A stretch of DNA of 20,000 bases from Vicugna vicugna (lineage: Eukaryota), in contig MU057403.1 of the NCBI GenBank assembly GCA_013265495.1, forward strand, positions 408,009 through 428,008. The letters run 5' to 3'. Below the pieces are notes generated by a model. The model searched no databases. It saw only the letters and a program-made list of their open reading frames with translations, and was not told the DNA's origin. This document shows, piece after piece, positions 1 through 11,398 of the stretch (position 1 is its first letter; each line of letters begins with the position of its first letter). The translations under genes and the position numbers were made by a program.

Positions 1-1545
1 AATTTAGAGATGATCCTTTGACCAATGAATTATTTCAAAGTGTGTTTAAGAGTGAGGACAGGTTTATTAGCCTCTCTGTGATTGGTTTCTGATTTTTCCT
101 GCTTTGCAATCAGAGAATATGACCTCTGTCATATCCATTCTGCAGGATTTCCTGGACTTGTTTTGTGGAATCGAACGTGACCAGTTTTCAGAGGTATACT
201 GGGTGAGCTTGAGGAGAACATGTTTTTTTCAAATTGTGTTGTTCAATCATTTTTTTCCAAATTTTCTTGTCTCTTGGAGAGAAAGGTGTGCTGAATAAAT
301 CAAATTCATTTTGTGTAATTTGAGATTATGTTGCTGTTTTTCCCATAGAGATTCAGGATTTTTATTTCTATTTAGTGAGTTATGCCTTTTATTATTCTGA
401 AATGATTTTCTTTATTTCTAATAATACTTTCTACTTCTGCGTCTGTTTTGTCTGATATTTTTCAGCTTTCTTTTATCATTTCTTTTGTATATAATTTCAC
501 ATACTGTTATTTTATTTTTTTCTGTGTTATTTTGTTTATCTTTACCTAATCTGTGAGTTTCTGTCTTTTAACTAGTAGGTTTACTTTCTTTATATTTATT
601 TTGATAACTGATATCTTTGAATTTATTTATACCATCTTGTTTTGCACTTTATTTTTGACTTCTATTTACTTTTCCTTATACTTCCTTTCCATCTTCTGCT
701 GAATGGGTTGATTTTTCTCTATTCTCTTTTCTCCTCCACTGGTTTAAGAGTTACCATAGTTTTACTTTATAATGAATGCCACGTTTTCAGCTTTCTTGAA
801 GTGTAATTGACAAATAGAGTTGTAAAATGTTTACAGTGCACAACGTGATGGCTCGATATTTCTTACATTGTGGAAGGATTCCCACAACTGAATTAACTTA
901 TCTATCACCTCCCGTATTATAGTGGATGTCTTAACGTTGAAAAGGTGCATATTTGACCTAACAATATATAAAAGTAGTTACTATTTCTACTGACTTTCTG
1001 AATATGACAAGAAACCTAGTGTGCTTTAACTCTGATAGTTCCTGTTCTTTATTATTATCGTACTATTTTGATCAATCTTGTTTTGGAGTTCCCGTCACAG
1101 ATTAATCATCGTTGCTTTGTTTTATATAGTCCCTGCTGGCTTGCCATTTTCCATCTTCACCTTTATTCTTGCATCTCATGCCTTTCTTCTGGGGCCAGTT
1201 TCTTTTCTTCTGGAATGTACTGTTTATAGTTTTTCTTTCTAACAGGACTGTGGGTGGGAAGCTTTTTCAGTCTTTAGAAGCACTTTTTAGTTTACCCTCA
1301 CCTTCACCTTTGCATCATAGTTTAGGCAGATATAAAACTTAAGAATGACAGTGTTTCCCCTGGCACTTTGGAGATTCAGTTAACTTTAGGTAGCTATTTT
1401 TGCTGATAGGAGTAGGCTGTAATCTAATTACCATTCCTTTGTAAGTTATACATCTTTCCTCTTTGGTTGCTTCTAGGACTTTGTCTTTGGGGTCCTGAAG
1501 TTTTATTACAGCATTTCTAGACTTGGATGTATTTTCATTCCTCAT
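1..1545 (-). mobile_element. Ancient degenerate LINE-1 (ORF1 end and ORF2 start)
   Basis: ORF 1339-1545 (SRNAVIKLQDPKDKVLEATKEERCITYKGMVIRL) resembles the L1 ORF1p motif PRHIIIK...KDKEKILKAAREK..ITYKG..IRL. Bases 1-60 reverse-complement to an ORF2-like N-terminal segment. The + strand is strongly T-rich. Confidence 0.7.
781..916 (-). mobile_element. Short L1 3'-end fragment (L1MA/L1MB-like) inserted in the older L1
   Basis: tttcagctttcttgaagtgtaattgacaaata...cacaacgtgatg is a typical antisense L1 3' terminus. Degenerate TSD: ttataatgaatgcc (767-780) / ttatagtggatgtc (917-930). Confidence 0.7.
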
Positions 1546-1547
1546 GA

Positions 1548-2157
1548 ATGGGGGCTGATTGACAGGGGGAACCAGTCATGTGATTAGAGGACTGAAACTT
1601 TCAGTTCTATCTCCAACCTCCAAAGAGGAGAAGTGATGGAGGTTGACTGGATCACCAGTGGCCAATGATTTGATCAATATTGCCTATGTAGTGTAGTCTC
1701 CATAAAAACCCAAAAAGATGAGGTTTGGAGAGATTCCAGGTTGGTGAACGTGCAGAGATTTGGGGCAGATTGCATGGAAGTGCTCTGCCTCTTCCCACAT
1801 ACCATGCCTTATGCATCCCTTCCATTTGGCTATTCCTGAATTATATCCTTTTACAATAAACCAGCAATCTAGTAAGCCAAATGTTTCTCTGAGTTCTCTG
1901 GCATGCTCTACCAAGTTAATCAAACCCAAGGAGTGGGATGTTGGAGCCTGTGATCTACAGTCAGTTGGTCAGAAGCACAGGTAACAACCTGGACTTGTAT
2001 TGTTGCCTCAAGTGGGTAAAGGGGCAGTCCTATAGGACTGAGTGCCTAACTGCGGGATCTGATGCTGTCTCCTGGTTGACAGCGTTAGAGCTGAGTTACT
2101 TGCTTACTGGTGCATGAGAAAAAACCACACGCACACACTGGAGTCGCTGTCAGAATT
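1548..2157 (+). mobile_element. MER21-like LTR, 5'-truncated
   Basis: Blocks resembling the recalled MER21 consensus: tgattagagg..actttcag, gatcaccagtggccaatgattt, ccataaaaaccc, tttggagag..ccaggttggtgaac, cccacatacc..tatgcatc, AATAAA (1855-1860), ggtcagaagcacaggt. Confidence 0.75.
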
Positions 2158-2159
2158 AA

Positions 2160-3194
2160 ATAGAATCTAAGTCCTCTTGTTGACTATATGCTAGGCTTAG
2201 CAACTTGTATGACCAATTGAATCCAGGAGAAGTAATGTCCTGGCACTTCAGAGACTAGATCATAAGAAACTTGCAGCTTCTATTCTGCCCAGATCTTTTA
2301 GAACATCTTTTTGTTTGTTCTGTTTTTTAATTTTTTAAATTGAAGTACAGTTGGTTTACAATGTTGTGTTAAATTCTGGTGTACAGCATAGTGTTTCAGT
2401 TATACATATGTATATATTCCTTTTCATATTCTTTTTCATTATAGGCTATGACAAGGTATTGAATATAATTCCCTGTGCTATACAGTGGGACCTTTCTGTT
2501 TTTTTGTTTCATATGTAGTAGTTAATATCTGCTAACCCCAAATGCCTTAAGTCCATTTGTGTGATTTTTTTTTAGACTCCACATGTAAGTCATATCATAT
2601 GGTATTTGTCTTTCTATGTCTGACTTTCTTCACTTAGTATGACAATCTCCAGGTCCATCCATGTTGCTGCAAATGGCATTATTTTATTCTTTTTAATGGC
2701 TGAGTAGTATTCCATTATAGTATGTAAACCACATCTTCTTTATCTAGCCATCTGTCAATGGATATTTAGGTTGCTTCTATGTTTTGGCTATTATAAATAG
2801 TGCTGTTCTGAGCATTGGGGTGCATGTATCTTTTCAAATTTGAGTTTCCTCCAGGTATATGCAGAACATCTTTGATGGGAACTGTTGGCCTCTAAGTAAG
2901 AAATCTGGCTACGCTGAGATCACTGTGCTGGAGAGACTAAGGGTGTAGACACTCCAGTTGACAGCCTCAGCTGAACTCATCCTCTGAATTATCCCCAACA
3001 AAGGACAAGATGTGTGAGTGAAGCCACATGGAACCCTTCAGGGCACATTCGGTACCTTATGAGACATTAGTATCACCCAGCTGAGAACTGCCTGAATTCC
3101 TGACCCACAGATATCTTGAGGGCTAATAAAACGTTACTGTTTCAAACCACTAGGTGTTGGGGTAATTTGTTCTGCAGCAGTACATAACAGTACA
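2160..3194 (+). mobile_element. MLT1-like (ERVL-MaLR) LTR interrupted by an L1
   Basis: MLT1-type 3' end: cctgaattcctgacccacaga...AATAAA (3125-3130)...tgtttcaaaccactagg..ggggtaatttgttctgcagcagtacataacagtaCA. The sequence is continuous across the L1 insertion at 2311-2862. Confidence 0.75.
2311..2862 (-). mobile_element. 5'-truncated LINE-1 (ORF2 C-terminus and 3' UTR)
   Basis: T-rich tail at left and the L1 3' motifs tccatccatgttgctgcaaatggc and ggctgagtagtattccatt. Perfect 11-bp TSD agaacatcttt at 2300-2310 and 2863-2873. Confidence 0.9.
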
Positions 3195-3900
3195 TGGGGC
3201 TTCTTAGGTTTTTCTACAAGCCTTTTAGCTTCTATTTCAAGCTTTCCATCATCTTTTCTTTCAGTGGAGAATTTTATCACAATAGTATTCCAGATCATGA
3301 ATTCTCTCATTAGCCATGTTTAATCTTGTTACTTGACCTATCCATTGATTATTTTTAAAATTATTTTATTTTTTCTTCATTAATTATTTGGATATCGATG
3401 ACAATACAGTTGACCCTTGAAAAACACACAGGTTAATCTGAGTATAATTTATGGTTGGCCCTCCCTATTAAAGATTTCTCCACATCCTTGAATTCAACCA
3501 ACCACAGATTGTGTAGGAACATAGCATTAACACTTGAAAAATATCTGTGTATAAGTGGACCTGTGTGGTTCAAACCTGTGTTGTTCAGGTGTCCACTGTA
3601 TTTTTGTCATAGTTCTATTGGTTCTTTATAAAAAAAACTGCTTCTTTTTATCATAGCTTTTTCCTTAGTGTCTTGATTCACCCTTTCATGTCCCTAATGA
3701 TTTTAAACTTGCTTATTTTATGTTCTCTTTCTGATTATTGTTTAATAATCCTCCCATTAGTTGTACATACTGAGAATGTGTGTGGTGAATTCCTTACGTG
3801 TTTTGCAATTTTTAATTTTATGCTCATTCTTAGTGAGATTCCTTTTCTTTGAGTTTTTATGTAGCTAGAATAATTAGCACTTTCCTGCCATGGACTTTAG
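3195..3900 (-). mobile_element. Continuation of the ancient L1 (ORF1 region), interrupted by a Tigger MITE
   Basis: T-rich degenerate sequence with motifs typical of antisense old L1 ORF1 (ttccagatcatgaattctctc, tccattgatt, tagttctattggttcttt). Boundaries approximate. Confidence 0.5.
3407..3598. mobile_element. TcMar-Tigger2-family non-autonomous DNA transposon (MITE)
   Basis: TIRs cagttgacccttgaaaaacac / gtgttgttcaggtgtccactg, with TA duplications at 3405-3406 and 3599-3600. 192 bp. Confidence 0.88.
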
Positions 3901-4689
3901 GCCAACATTAGCCAGGGACCAAGCTTTATGTTAATTTCAGGACCTGGCTAACACTGGGCCTCAAACCCAAAGGAAGTAAGGGTTTTAGATTAAAATTCTT
4001 TCACCCAGATCTCAGGCACAGACAAATAATTGTCATTGTGTACGTATGTGGATCTTTGTTTTTCTAGTTCACCTATTTTGTTTTTAACAGCAACAACGAA
4101 AGCTTTATGCAGGAATTGTAATTCCAACTCTGTCTCACTGGGAACCTGGTCTTCCTCTTTCATTCCCTGCATAGATGTTAAAAGCAAACTTCTAGGTTAC
4201 CAGGATGATAGTGTATTGAGGTGAGCTGTTTTGGGTCAGCATACACACTTCCTGCTCTTTTTTTTTTTTTTCCCCAGTAACTGAGGTTTTCCCTTTCTTT
4301 ACTGAGAACTTAGTTATGTATTCCCTTTCTATTGTTGTCTTTTATAAAACATTTCTAAGTGTCCGTAACATATCCATATATTGCTTGAATAGGTATTCTT
4401 TCTATCTTTAGCTAAAAAGTCTGAGTTTCTTTTTCCCTCCTTCTTTGGAAAATATTTATATATATTTTTTCACTTTTTAAATTTTTTTTGTGAAACAATT
4501 ATTTCACCCTGAAAGTCACTATATCCTTCACTCTTCTTATTTTATATTTTCCACTATATAACATGAACTGGAATTTTCCTTCCCAGATTTATTGTATCAA
4601 TTTACTATCTTTTATTTCTGTAGCAATTTTAAGAAAATATAATGGTTATATTGTGGAATTCTATTATTTTGACTCACTTCCCTCTTTTT

Positions 4690-5449
4690 TTTTTATTAAG
4701 GTATAGTCAGTTTACAATGTTGTGTCAATCTCTGGTGTACAGCACAATGCTTCAGTCATACATGAATATACATATATTCATTTTCATGTTCTTTTTCACC
4801 ATAAGCTACTACAAGATATTGAATATATTTCCCTGTGCTATACAGTATAAACTTGTTTATCTATTTTATATATATTAGTCAGTATCTGCAAATCTCTAAC
4901 TCCCAGTTTAACCCTTCCCACCCCTTTCCCCCCAGTAACCATAAGTTTGTTATCTATACTGGGAGTCTGTTTCTGTTTTGTAAGTAAGTTCATTTCTCTT
5001 GTTTTTAGATTCCACATATAAATGATCTCATATGGTATTTGTCTTTCTTCTTCTGGCTTATTTCACTTAGAATGACATTCTCCAGGATCATCCATGTTGC
5101 TGCAAATGTCATTATTTTATCATTTTTATGGCTGTGTAGTATTCCATTGTGTATATACCACAGCTTCTTTATCCAGTCATCTGTCGATGGCCATTTAGGT
5201 TGTTTCCATGACTTGGCTATTGTAAATAGTGCTGCTGTGAATACTGGGGTGCAGGTGTCTTTTTGAAGTAAAGTTCCCTCTGGATATAAGCCCAGGAGTG
5301 GGATTGCTGGGTCATATGGTGGGTCTATTTTTAGTTTTTTGAGGAATCTCCATACTGTTTTCCACAATGGCTGCACCAAACTGCATTCCCACCAACAGTG
5401 GAGGAGGGTTCCCTTTTCTCCACACCCTCTCCAGCTTTTATCCTTTGTA
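4690..5449 (-). mobile_element. 5'-truncated, relatively young LINE-1 (ORF2 C-terminus and 3' UTR)
   Basis: ORF 5005-5379 is the L1 ORF2p C-terminus ([32 protein letters not shown]...CTPVFTAALFTIAKSWKQPKWPS...SEISQ). Poly-T at left. TSD gactcacttccctcttttt (4671-4689) / gactcacttctcttttt (5450-5466), followed by aaaa, giving a TT/AAAA endonuclease site on the minus strand. Confidence 0.95.
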
Positions 5450-5469
5450 GACTCACTTCTCTTTTTAAA

Positions 5470-6560
5470 ATGATCTATTGCTCATCTGAGTTCTTTCTGA
5501 TCATAACTTCTTTACTGTGAATTTCTTATGTTGATTCATGTTTTATGACTGGATTATGGTTCAAGTTGATTTTTCCAGGATTTATGTGTAAGTATTATAT
5601 ATTCTGAGTTCTTAAATATTTGAAAATTTCACATGCTTTTATATATGAAAACTCTTTTAGTTGGGTAAAGAATTTTTGGGTCACATCTTTTCTGCTAAAA
5701 AAAAACTCACTAAAAATAGCTTTGTTCCTTTTGAGTCCAATCTTGCTGAAGTGAAGTCAGAAACAAAATTAATTTTTACCTTTTTCTTCTTTCTGGATGG
5801 TTTCAGTATTCTTTCTTTGTTTTTAATAATCTCTGCAAGAGGATAAACCATGAAGTTAGTTGTTCTCTATTAAATTTTTCTGGAATATCATGAGTTCACA
5901 TAATGAGCTCAGACAATGAGAACATGAATTCTGCATATTTACATATCTCTCTATTTCAGTAAAGTTTTCTTCTACTATATTCTTAAATGTTTTTAATATT
6001 TCACTTTATGCTTTTCAAAAACAACCCCTAACCCCTACATGATATGTATCTCATATCTGTCTTTACATATAATTGTTTTCCTAATCAATGTATTTTCCTT
6101 GCCCCTCTCCTTTGTGTATTCTGTAAATTTCATCAGTCTTATCTCTGTAACACTAATTCCGATTTTTTGCCATCTAAATTCTGTTCCTCAGTCTTCTAAA
6201 GATAATTCTAAGTACAGCAATTTTTTTTGGCTTCATTTTTCACTGTTGTCAGCTCACTTTGCATCCTTTTTCCTTGCTATCTTGTCTTTTAATTCTTATT
6301 CTTTGTGTTCTTCTTTCATGGTGTTTATATTATATTTCATTTCCTGGGAAGTACAAAATGATCCTTGCTAAAATTTTGGCTGTTCCCTGCAGTAAGTCTT
6401 GTTTCAACATATATTCTTCATTGGCTTTTCTACTGGTTGCATTTCCTTCCATTCATCTTATATTTTGCAGAACTTTTGCATAATTTTTTTTCCCGCTAAC
6501 TCATCTTTGAAATAAGTCATGCTTGTTTTTTTCCACCACTTGCCAGCAATATAGTGAATG
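5470..6560 (-). mobile_element. Highly degenerate old L1 (ORF1-like region)
   Basis: T-rich strand bias and motifs such as ttgggtaaagaatttttgggtcaca and gaagtgaagtcagaaacaaaattaattttt, typical of antisense L1M remnants. Confidence 0.45.
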
Positions 6561-9133
6561 GAAAATCTTTGGCAGTCCTTCTTTTTAGCTGCCTATGTGT
6601 TGAAACTTAGTTTTACATTCAGGGCTTACTATGGAATTTTTGGTTTTAAGTCATTTATCCACTTTTAGTTTAGGTTGTATGGAATGAAGAGGTGCAAAAG
6701 AGAAGTTGAAGAGAGAAATGTGGCGGGTGTGGGTTTAATATCTTGACGCCTGCACCCTCCTCCCCAATTTTGTTGAACCTTTTGAAGTTCTGCCCAGTCT
6801 TGCAGACTCTGGAATTAGGCAGGACAGTCTGGGAGAGACCAATTCAGTATAAAAACCAATGTTTCAAGGGCCTTTTGTTCATCGACTAGGTAGAATAGGT
6901 GGTCTTTTTTCTTTAGTAAACTGAGTTTAATCATCAGCCACAAAATTCTTTGACAGCGTCTCTCTTCAAGATTGGCATTCTCTCAAGGTCATCATTCCTC
7001 CAGCTAGAAAGCTATATTCACTGAAAGCAGAAATAAATACTGGTCACCATCCCTGTTTTAGTGGCCCTGGCCATTCCCACTGATGTATCTGTTGTGTCCT
7101 GCTCCCAGCCTTTGGTCATCCAAATCAAGTATTAGTGGGACCTTCCAAAACTTTTCCATTTCTTTCCCACAAATCTAAGTTATAAATAAGGGAGATGAGT
7201 CTTAAACTTGGTATTCTTGTCCAATTAGCTCATCTTTAGCAGCATTGTTGGGGGGCTTGTGGAATGGGACTGTAGCCATTTTATAGTTGCAGGATAACTA
7301 TGTGGTTTCCATTTCTCTTTTTTGGTCCATTAGGATCTTTTAAGTGGACTTCAGGGAAAGGAGTTTTAGAAATTTAAATGTTTTATGTATTAAAATCTAT
7401 TTTATACTGTGAATAATAAGTTTATTTTTTGTTCTGTAATTTTAGTTATATTACAAATTGTTTTTCTTATATATTGAAGACCTATGTGGAATTTGTAAAT
7501 CATCCTAGGTGTTCTATCTTTAAAGTTAAAATGACTTTATACATTGAATTGCTTCAATGTTTTTTGTATTCAATCAGCAGCAGACAAAATCTATAATAAA
7601 ACGTATCTGGAAATAGAGCTACACACCCCCAACAAAGTTGTTGATTTCTTGAAGTTATTTCTACTTTCATTAATATCCTCTGATTTACTGGAGATATGTA
7701 GCCTTGGTTATGCTATCGTCATGAATTTCCTCTCCCAAGGAGTAGTTTAATATTTATGAATGTCTATTGTCCTGCAATCCTCACAAATCTCTATTACTAA
7801 AACCAATCAAGCAGCCTGAAGACATCAGAAACTATCCATCCTAAACACAGAGATAAACATGTCACCCAAGTGAAGGAAAAATCCTTTGGTGCATCAGTTT
7901 TCTGTTTCTCATAGCCCTCCTTCCTTTCCCTATGTTGAAAGTTTCTACTCGCGTATACCAGAGGATATAATAGACACTTGATATTAAGGATTTTTCATGA
8001 ATCCTCAAATTCATGCATATGGAAATGTTTAATACCTGACGCCAAAAATGAGAAACCCCAGCTTCCAAGAAGATTTTCAATGACTTGGACATTTTTTAAC
8101 ATATCGAAACTTCCTGATCATTTTTATAAGTGACTTTATGAAAGTAAGGGCACTCGTGATGGTGAATAAAAAAAAAATACAAAGGTAAAATGAGAGAGAA
8201 ATGCTGGGCAAACTGGGAGAGTGAGGTAGGTTCACACACCAGCATCAGTTTCTGAGGGTTCAGATCTTTGGGGCTGCTGGTCAAACTGGTCCATGTTAAG
8301 TGACCAAATGCCCATTTTTCCAGTATTGGTTCTTTAGCTGATAATATTAAAGAACTCATGTTTTTGTCAGGTTCTTTGATCTCTCAAGGATAAGCAAGAT
8401 AATTCATATTTTACCAACCTACATCTTCAATTACAATCCTTGTGCTAAAGATCCCTACTGTCAAATTTTAACTCTCCGTTCAGAATTCCCATTGCACATT
8501 TACACTTGGTTTTCCAATTAAAACGGGCTTTTGTGAGTCCCCTGCTGATAGCCATTGGCTTGATAAAAAGTAACTTCATTTGCAGCAAGGGTGTTTAGGG
8601 AGCCCCGTGCAAGGCTGACTCTCTTCCTGCTGCCTTAAGCCCAGCTGTGCTGAAATATTAAACTTTAGTAAATTAGTTGAAATAGCGGCTTCCTGGATGA
8701 TACAATAATGCCCTCTACTTTTTTTTCTGGAAACCGTCTTCAGCGTGAGTTCTCCACACAATTCTTTTGCTCTAAGAGAAAGAAAATTCAGGCTATCTTC
8801 CAAATCCAGACAACTTTTCCATTTTCAAGATAATTGTGCCCTCCCCGCGAATCTAACAGAATGGCTAAACTTTCAAACACGTAGAGTTGGAGTATGTTGT
8901 TATTTCAGCACTATCTGAAGACATCATGACTTTATCATGCCATCCTCAGAGAAGCAGCTGGGCCCCTAAAAATGTCAGTCATAAGTAAAAGACTTAAGTA
9001 GCAACTTTTCCATCATTGATCAGTACACCTTTCAACAGCAACAGTGAGCTATGGGAGGAAATCATGTTTCTAGTTACATTTATTTTCAGATTTTTTTCTT
9101 CTTCTTTTTAAGAAGAACGTGAATTCTGAGGTG

Positions 9134-9182
9134 TTTTATTCATTGACCAAATATTTATTGATCAACTACTATGTGCAAAGTT
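9134..9182 (-). mobile_element. Short LINE-2 3'-end fragment
   Basis: ttattcattgaccaaatatttattgatcaactactatgtgc resembles the L2 tail ttcattcaacaaatatttattgagcacctactatgtgc. Confidence 0.55.
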
Positions 9183-9815
9183 CTGATTTGTTTTCAACCA
9201 AGTGTTTTGAATTGGAGTAAATGCAGAATTAGTAGAAAAGAACCAGGCAGCCTGGCATTTCTCTTCTTGACATATGTTGTTTTTCCTTCTGTGATGAACT
9301 CACCGGCGACAGCTTTATTGAGCTGTCTGTACGACTAGCTTCTCAAAGGCTCTCGCTGGCTTTTCAGGTTAAGACCTTAATGCCTCTAGGAGAGTCTAGT
9401 TAATACATTTTTGTTACTTAGGCCAGTTAACTGATTAAAACCTTTGAAAGTTCCTTTATCAAGGTCTTCACAAGATCATAGAGTCCAAGGGTTGCTTTTG
9501 GAAAAATCAAATGTATACAAAAGCAAATTGAATAGTCTAATGAGCCCCCATACAACCATTGTGGGGTTTAGGGTTCACTGATGCCCACCAAGGGTTCAGA
9601 GTCAGGGGCAAAGCGTGGGGAGGTGGCAGAGTGGGGCCATTGGGCATGCGCAGAAAGGACAGCTTAGGGCCGAAAGAGGAGAGGCCCACTCCCAAATAAA
9701 TAATTGGGAAGCCAGACTTTATACATTGTCATCAGATCACGCTCTTTTAGTACATAAGATACTAACTAATCAATGAGCTGCTAACCACTGTGATCTAGCC
9801 CAATACGATTTAGAG

Positions 9816-10043
9816 CCGGGGTCTGCCAACTTTTTCCGAAAAAGGCAAGATAATAAATATTTCAGGCTCTGTGGGCCAACTGATCTTTGCCACCAACTTA
9901 ATTCTGCCCTAGACAGAAACAGCCGCATACAGCCTCTGATAACGCAGAGGACTGGGCGTGGAGGGGTTCCAACGGAACTATTCACGAAAAAAAATGGGCA
10001 GGGGACAAATTCGGCCTGTGGCCGGTAGTTTGCCCAACCCCCA
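9816..10043 (+). mobile_element. MER58A-like hAT-Charlie DNA transposon
   Basis: Collinear with the recalled consensus from ccggggtctgccaactttttc..aagataataaatatttcaggct..tgggcc through gggcgtgg..gttccaa to gtagtttgcccaacccc. Degenerate TIRs; ~228 bp. Confidence 0.8.
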
Positions 10044-10386
10044 AAGACTGCCTGGCCCCCGGGCATTCATTCGCTGTCTGTTTGAAACTGCCTTTAAGCA
10101 AGGGGATGTTCTTTTAAAGTCCCTCGCAGACTCTATGCGTGGGACGATCCAGCAGAGCGACTACACAGTTTGAAAAGTTTTTTGAAGTGGGCCCTTCCTT
10201 CCCTGCCCTTCCGCCGCTCCGGGCCCTCCTCTCCCACGCAGGGGCGCGGAGAGAGCTGCGCTCCGCCTGCGTGGGCCTCAGGGAAGAGCGCGCGGCCACT
10301 CCCGGGAAGGTGAGGGCGCAGAAAAGTTGGAGCCCAATCAGCACAGAGTCCAGCTCCCGAGCCCCAACCTTCAGGTGACCCCGCGC

Positions 10387-10422
10387 GGCGGCGGCGGCGG
10401 CAGCGGCGGCGGCGGCGGCGGC
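10387..10422 (+). repeat. Interrupted trinucleotide repeat (GGC)5 AGC (GGC)6
   Basis: Read directly from the sequence. Confidence 0.95.
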
Positions 10423-10685
10423 GAGAGCCCGCAGCAGCTCCGAGCGCCTCCGGGAGGAGAGGAGAGGAGGCGAGCTGAGCGGAGCGTCGCCGCGATCGGA
10501 GCGCCGGGCTCCGGCGGCGATCCGGAGCGGGGCGGGAGCAGCGGGGAGAGCCAGGGCGCGCGGCTGCTTCCTTTGCCCCCGGGGGCCGTGCGGGCCAGGC
10601 CGGGGGCGCCCGAGAGTGCGGGCCCGCGGCGCGCGCTGCCGCCGCCCCTCCGCGCCGCCTGTGAACGCTGGAGGTGTGCCTGGCT

Positions 10686-10706
10686 GCGGCGGCGGCGGCG
10701 GCGGCG
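10686..10706 (+). repeat. (GCG)7 repeat upstream of the ST8SIA6 ATG
   Basis: Read directly; flanked by GCT and GCA. Confidence 0.95.
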
Positions 10707-10784
10707 GCAGGAGCCGCGAGTCGGGGCCGCTCGGGCTGCGCTTCGCCGGGGCAGCAGCGGCGGCGGCCGCGCCTGTGGCTCAGG

Positions 10785-10885
10785 ATGCGGCCGGGGGGCG
10801 CGCTCCTCGCCCTGCTCGCCGGCCTGCTGCTGCTGCTGCTGCTGCGCCTGCTCTGGTCCTCGACCGACGCGCCCGCCCGCTCCAG
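10785..10885 (+). CDS. ST8SIA6: ST8SIA6 (alpha-2,8-sialyltransferase 8F) coding exon 1: short cytoplasmic tail and type II signal-anchor
   Basis: ATG at 10785 (caggATGc, A at -3) reads MRPGGALLALLAGLLLLLLLRLLWSSTDAPARS, closely matching the recalled human N-terminus MRPGGALLALLASLLLLLLLRLLWCPADAPGRAR. It ends at donor AG|GTAACC (101 nt, phase 2) and lies inside the CpG island. Confidence 0.95.
10824..10844 (+). repeat. (CTG)7 coding repeat (poly-Leu of the signal-anchor)
   Basis: Read directly; in frame within exon 1. Confidence 0.95.
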
Positions 10886-11398
10886 GTAACCCACCCCCCG
10901 CCCTCGGGCCGACCCGCGTGCCGTGCACCCCCGCCGTGCGCCCCGAGAGCCCCAGCCGCCCAGCCGCTCCACCTGGGCGAGCAGACTTCTGGCGGCTGCT
11001 GCTAGGACAAGCCGACGGGGTGGGGCGTGGGGTGGGATGGAGGCGTTCGGGAGACCTGGCTGGGTGAACCGAGGGTGGGGGGAAATCAGAGGGGCGACAC
11101 GAGCACTGGCTGGGCACCAGCTCGGACGGGGAGGGACCGGTCAGGGCGCGAGAGCCCCAGCGTGCGTCGCTCTGGGTGAGGATGCTGCGGAGCTGAACCT
11201 GCCGTCGGGTTCCGCATCAGTCACCCGGGCTCTCCATTCTGGTCCGTGCTTTCCCTTCCTTCCCGCCCTGGGCCTCTTCCAACTCCAATCGCTGCCGGAG
11301 GAGCCAGGGCGCGCGAGGATGTTCCGGCCGGGCTGCGAGCGCGATGCGGAGTCCGCCAGCCAACTGCTCCCCAACATAGTTTTCTTCCTGCTGTGCAG

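Noticed and set aside
5005..5379. 124-aa ORF as a host gene
   Set aside because: It is the L1 ORF2p C-terminus of a 5'-truncated element, with internal frameshifts.
4642..6483. Hydrophobic Phe/Leu/Ile-rich ORFs resembling membrane proteins (also 18394-18710)
   Set aside because: These are artefacts of translating T-rich antisense L1 sequence.
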